DNA from: a virus
Lineage: Duplodnaviria; Caudoviricetes
Strand: one strand, 5' to 3'
Length of the DNA: 25,107 bases
IMG/VR virus record: IMGVR_UViG_3300004369_000682
Coordinates: 1-25,107 of that record
Shown here: positions 23,803 to 25,107 of the stretch, in pieces
Layout of the letters: every line of letters starts with the position of its first letter
Position numbering within the stretch: position 1 is the first letter of the stretch
The notes under the pieces: generated by a model
Told to the model about the DNA's origin: nothing
Database searches by the model: none
What the model saw: the letters and a program-made list of their open reading frames with translations, nothing else
Made by a program: the position numbers and the translations under genes

Positions 23803-25107
23803 TTAGATAATCCATCCGTATGTACGTGGTGGAGCAACAGCGATCTTAACAGTTGGCGCTGCACCCTCAAGACGAATGTGAACGTCTGGAATGTGAGCGA
23901 GAAGTGGGGTGTATACAGACTGGACTCTGACCTTGATAGATCCAGTACCAATGATGCGGATACGGATACCAATAATCGTATCGCTGTGAAGCTTGAGCGT
24001 TCCTGATCCAGCAAACGCCTGGGTGCGTAGTATCGCGACCTCTCCAGAAAGTTTGACTTCTGTTGTAATTTCTGGAGGTCTGACACTTGTTTTTTCTGCT
24101 GCTTGTCCAGATACTTTGATCTCGACTTGACCAGAGTAAGGTGCTCTGGTGAATGAATCTTCGGCTGCTCCGCTGATCTGAATCTCTCCAGATCCTTGGT
24201 AAGCTTTGGTGATAGCAGGTTTGACTTGACCGAGGAAGACGAAGATTGCGACATTCTCGTAAGCAATTGTTCTTGCTTCCGCAGCACCACCAAATACTGG
24301 TAGATCTCCTGTACCAATGTATACTCTTGACCTTGGTGTTTCTGCAGCACCACTGATGTTGACATCTGCAAGAAGACTTGGTACATATGCAACTCTTTCT
24401 GCTGCTCCAGAGAACGAGAAGATAGAACCAGATCCAGATTCGATAATAACGATTCTTTCTTCCGCTTGACCAGAGAAGTTGAAAAGAATTTGCTCTCCAG
24501 TATAATCGTATGCAACTTTTTCTTGAGAAGATACAAAGTTGAATAGAGTACCATCGCCAACATGAGAGAGTGTGATGAGAACTTTTGCTTCGCCTGTAAT
24601 ATCGTATAGACCTTCTGTTGGCAATGCAGCTGTTCTGGATTCTGCTGCGCCGCCAATAGCATAAAGATTTCCAGTACCGATATACTTCTTGATGAGATAT
24701 GAAGTAGCAAATCCAGTAGCAGAGAATAGAATCTGTTCTTCGAGTGGATTGAAGGTAACTGCCTCGGCAGCACCAGAGAATGTGCCGATTCTGATATCGC
24801 CAACGTAAGAACTTGTGATTCTTTCGACAGCATCTCCAGTAATATCGACGAGACCAGAAGCGGAGAATATCTTGACAATATGTACTTTGACATCTTCTGC
24901 GAAGATGCGAGCATCGACCAACTTGACTTCGGATACTGTGTATGCAAGAGATGCTCTTCCTGTAATTGAGAAGAGTAGATCTTTCTCCAGTGGATTGAAG
25001 GTGACGGCTTCTGCAGCACCAGAGAATGTGCCGATTCTGATATCGCCAACAAAGTCTTTTGCTGTTCTGTATACAGCATCTCCACTGACAGGAATAACAC
25101 CTTCGAC
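23803..25107 (-). CDS. 3' part of a large repetitive virion structural protein (5' end outside the window)
   Basis: The frame of the 23803-24921 ORF stays open to 25107 (VEGVIPVSGDAVYRTAKDFVGDIRIGTFSGAAE...). Recurrent (F/I)SGAAE, GGAAE and GSG beta repeats; ends PRTYGWII. Confidence 0.8.
   Translation of the reverse strand, partial: VEGVIPVSGDAVYRTAKDFVGDIRIGTFSGAAEAVTFNPLEKDLLFSITGRASLAYTVSEVKLVDARIFAEDVKVHIVKIFSASGLVDITGDAVERITSSYVGDIRIGTFSGAAEAVTFNPLEEQILFSATGFATSYLIKKYIGTGNLYAIGGAAESRTAALPTEGLYDITGEAKVLITLSHVGDGTLFNFVSSQEKVAYDYTGEQILFNFSGQAEERIVIIESGSGSIFSFSGAAERVAYVPSLLADVNISGAAETPRSRVYIGTGDLPVFGGAAEARTIAYENVAIFVFLGQVKPAITKAYQGSGEIQISGAAEDSFTRAPYSGQVEIKVSGQAAEKTSVRPPEITTEVKLSGEVAILRTQAFAGSGTLKLHSDTIIGIRIRIIGTGSIKVRVQSVYTPLLAHIPDVHIRLEGAAPTVKIAVAPPRTYGWII
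24767..25050. repeat. 38-bp exact direct repeat (24767-24804 and 25013-25050), 246 nt apart
   Basis: gcagcaccagagaatgtgccgattctgatatcgccaac occurs twice. It lies within a duplicated VGDIRIGTFSGAAEAVTFNPLE peptide with an 82-codon period. Confidence 0.92.

Noticed and set aside
23305-25050. Diversity-generating retroelement, suggested by the Mtd_N-like domain and a nearby direct repeat
   Set aside because: There is no reverse transcriptase or C-type-lectin variable region in the window. Differences between the repeat copies are synonymous third-position changes, not adenine-specific. Mtd_N is a generic fibre module.
1-25107. CRISPR array, tRNA, intron, intein or homing endonuclease
   Set aside because: Intergenic gaps are all under about 70 nt. 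No repeat-spacer pattern, cloverleaf, or HNH/GIY-YIG/LAGLIDADG/intein motifs were seen by eye.

Overview
A 25 kb piece of a T4-like myophage genome, most similar in gene style to marine Synechococcus/Prochlorococcus cyanomyophages (inferred from protein features and gene order, not from a search). Nearly all genes are on the minus strand. In transcription order: a truncated large repeat protein; several tail-fibre/virion proteins; three tandem, extremely Cys/Gly-rich paralogues with a probable fibre-assembly chaperone; a sugar/modification cassette; two more virion proteins; then core gp13, gp14, gp15 and gp16. The cassette encodes a 2OG-Fe(II) oxygenase, a GT9 heptosyltransferase-like enzyme, a NodU/CmcH carbamoyltransferase, HldC-like nucleotidyltransferase, HldA-like kinase, a minimal HAD phosphatase, a cupin and, on the opposite strand, HldD epimerase. 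The main candidate novel system is this nearly complete NDP-heptose pathway plus transferase and tailoring enzymes, embedded in the fibre module. It lacks gmhA, which the cupin may replace, and it suggests heptosylation/carbamoylation of virion proteins or of the host surface. Four T4 late promoters (TATAAATA) and a terminator overlapping an extended -10 box are also visible.
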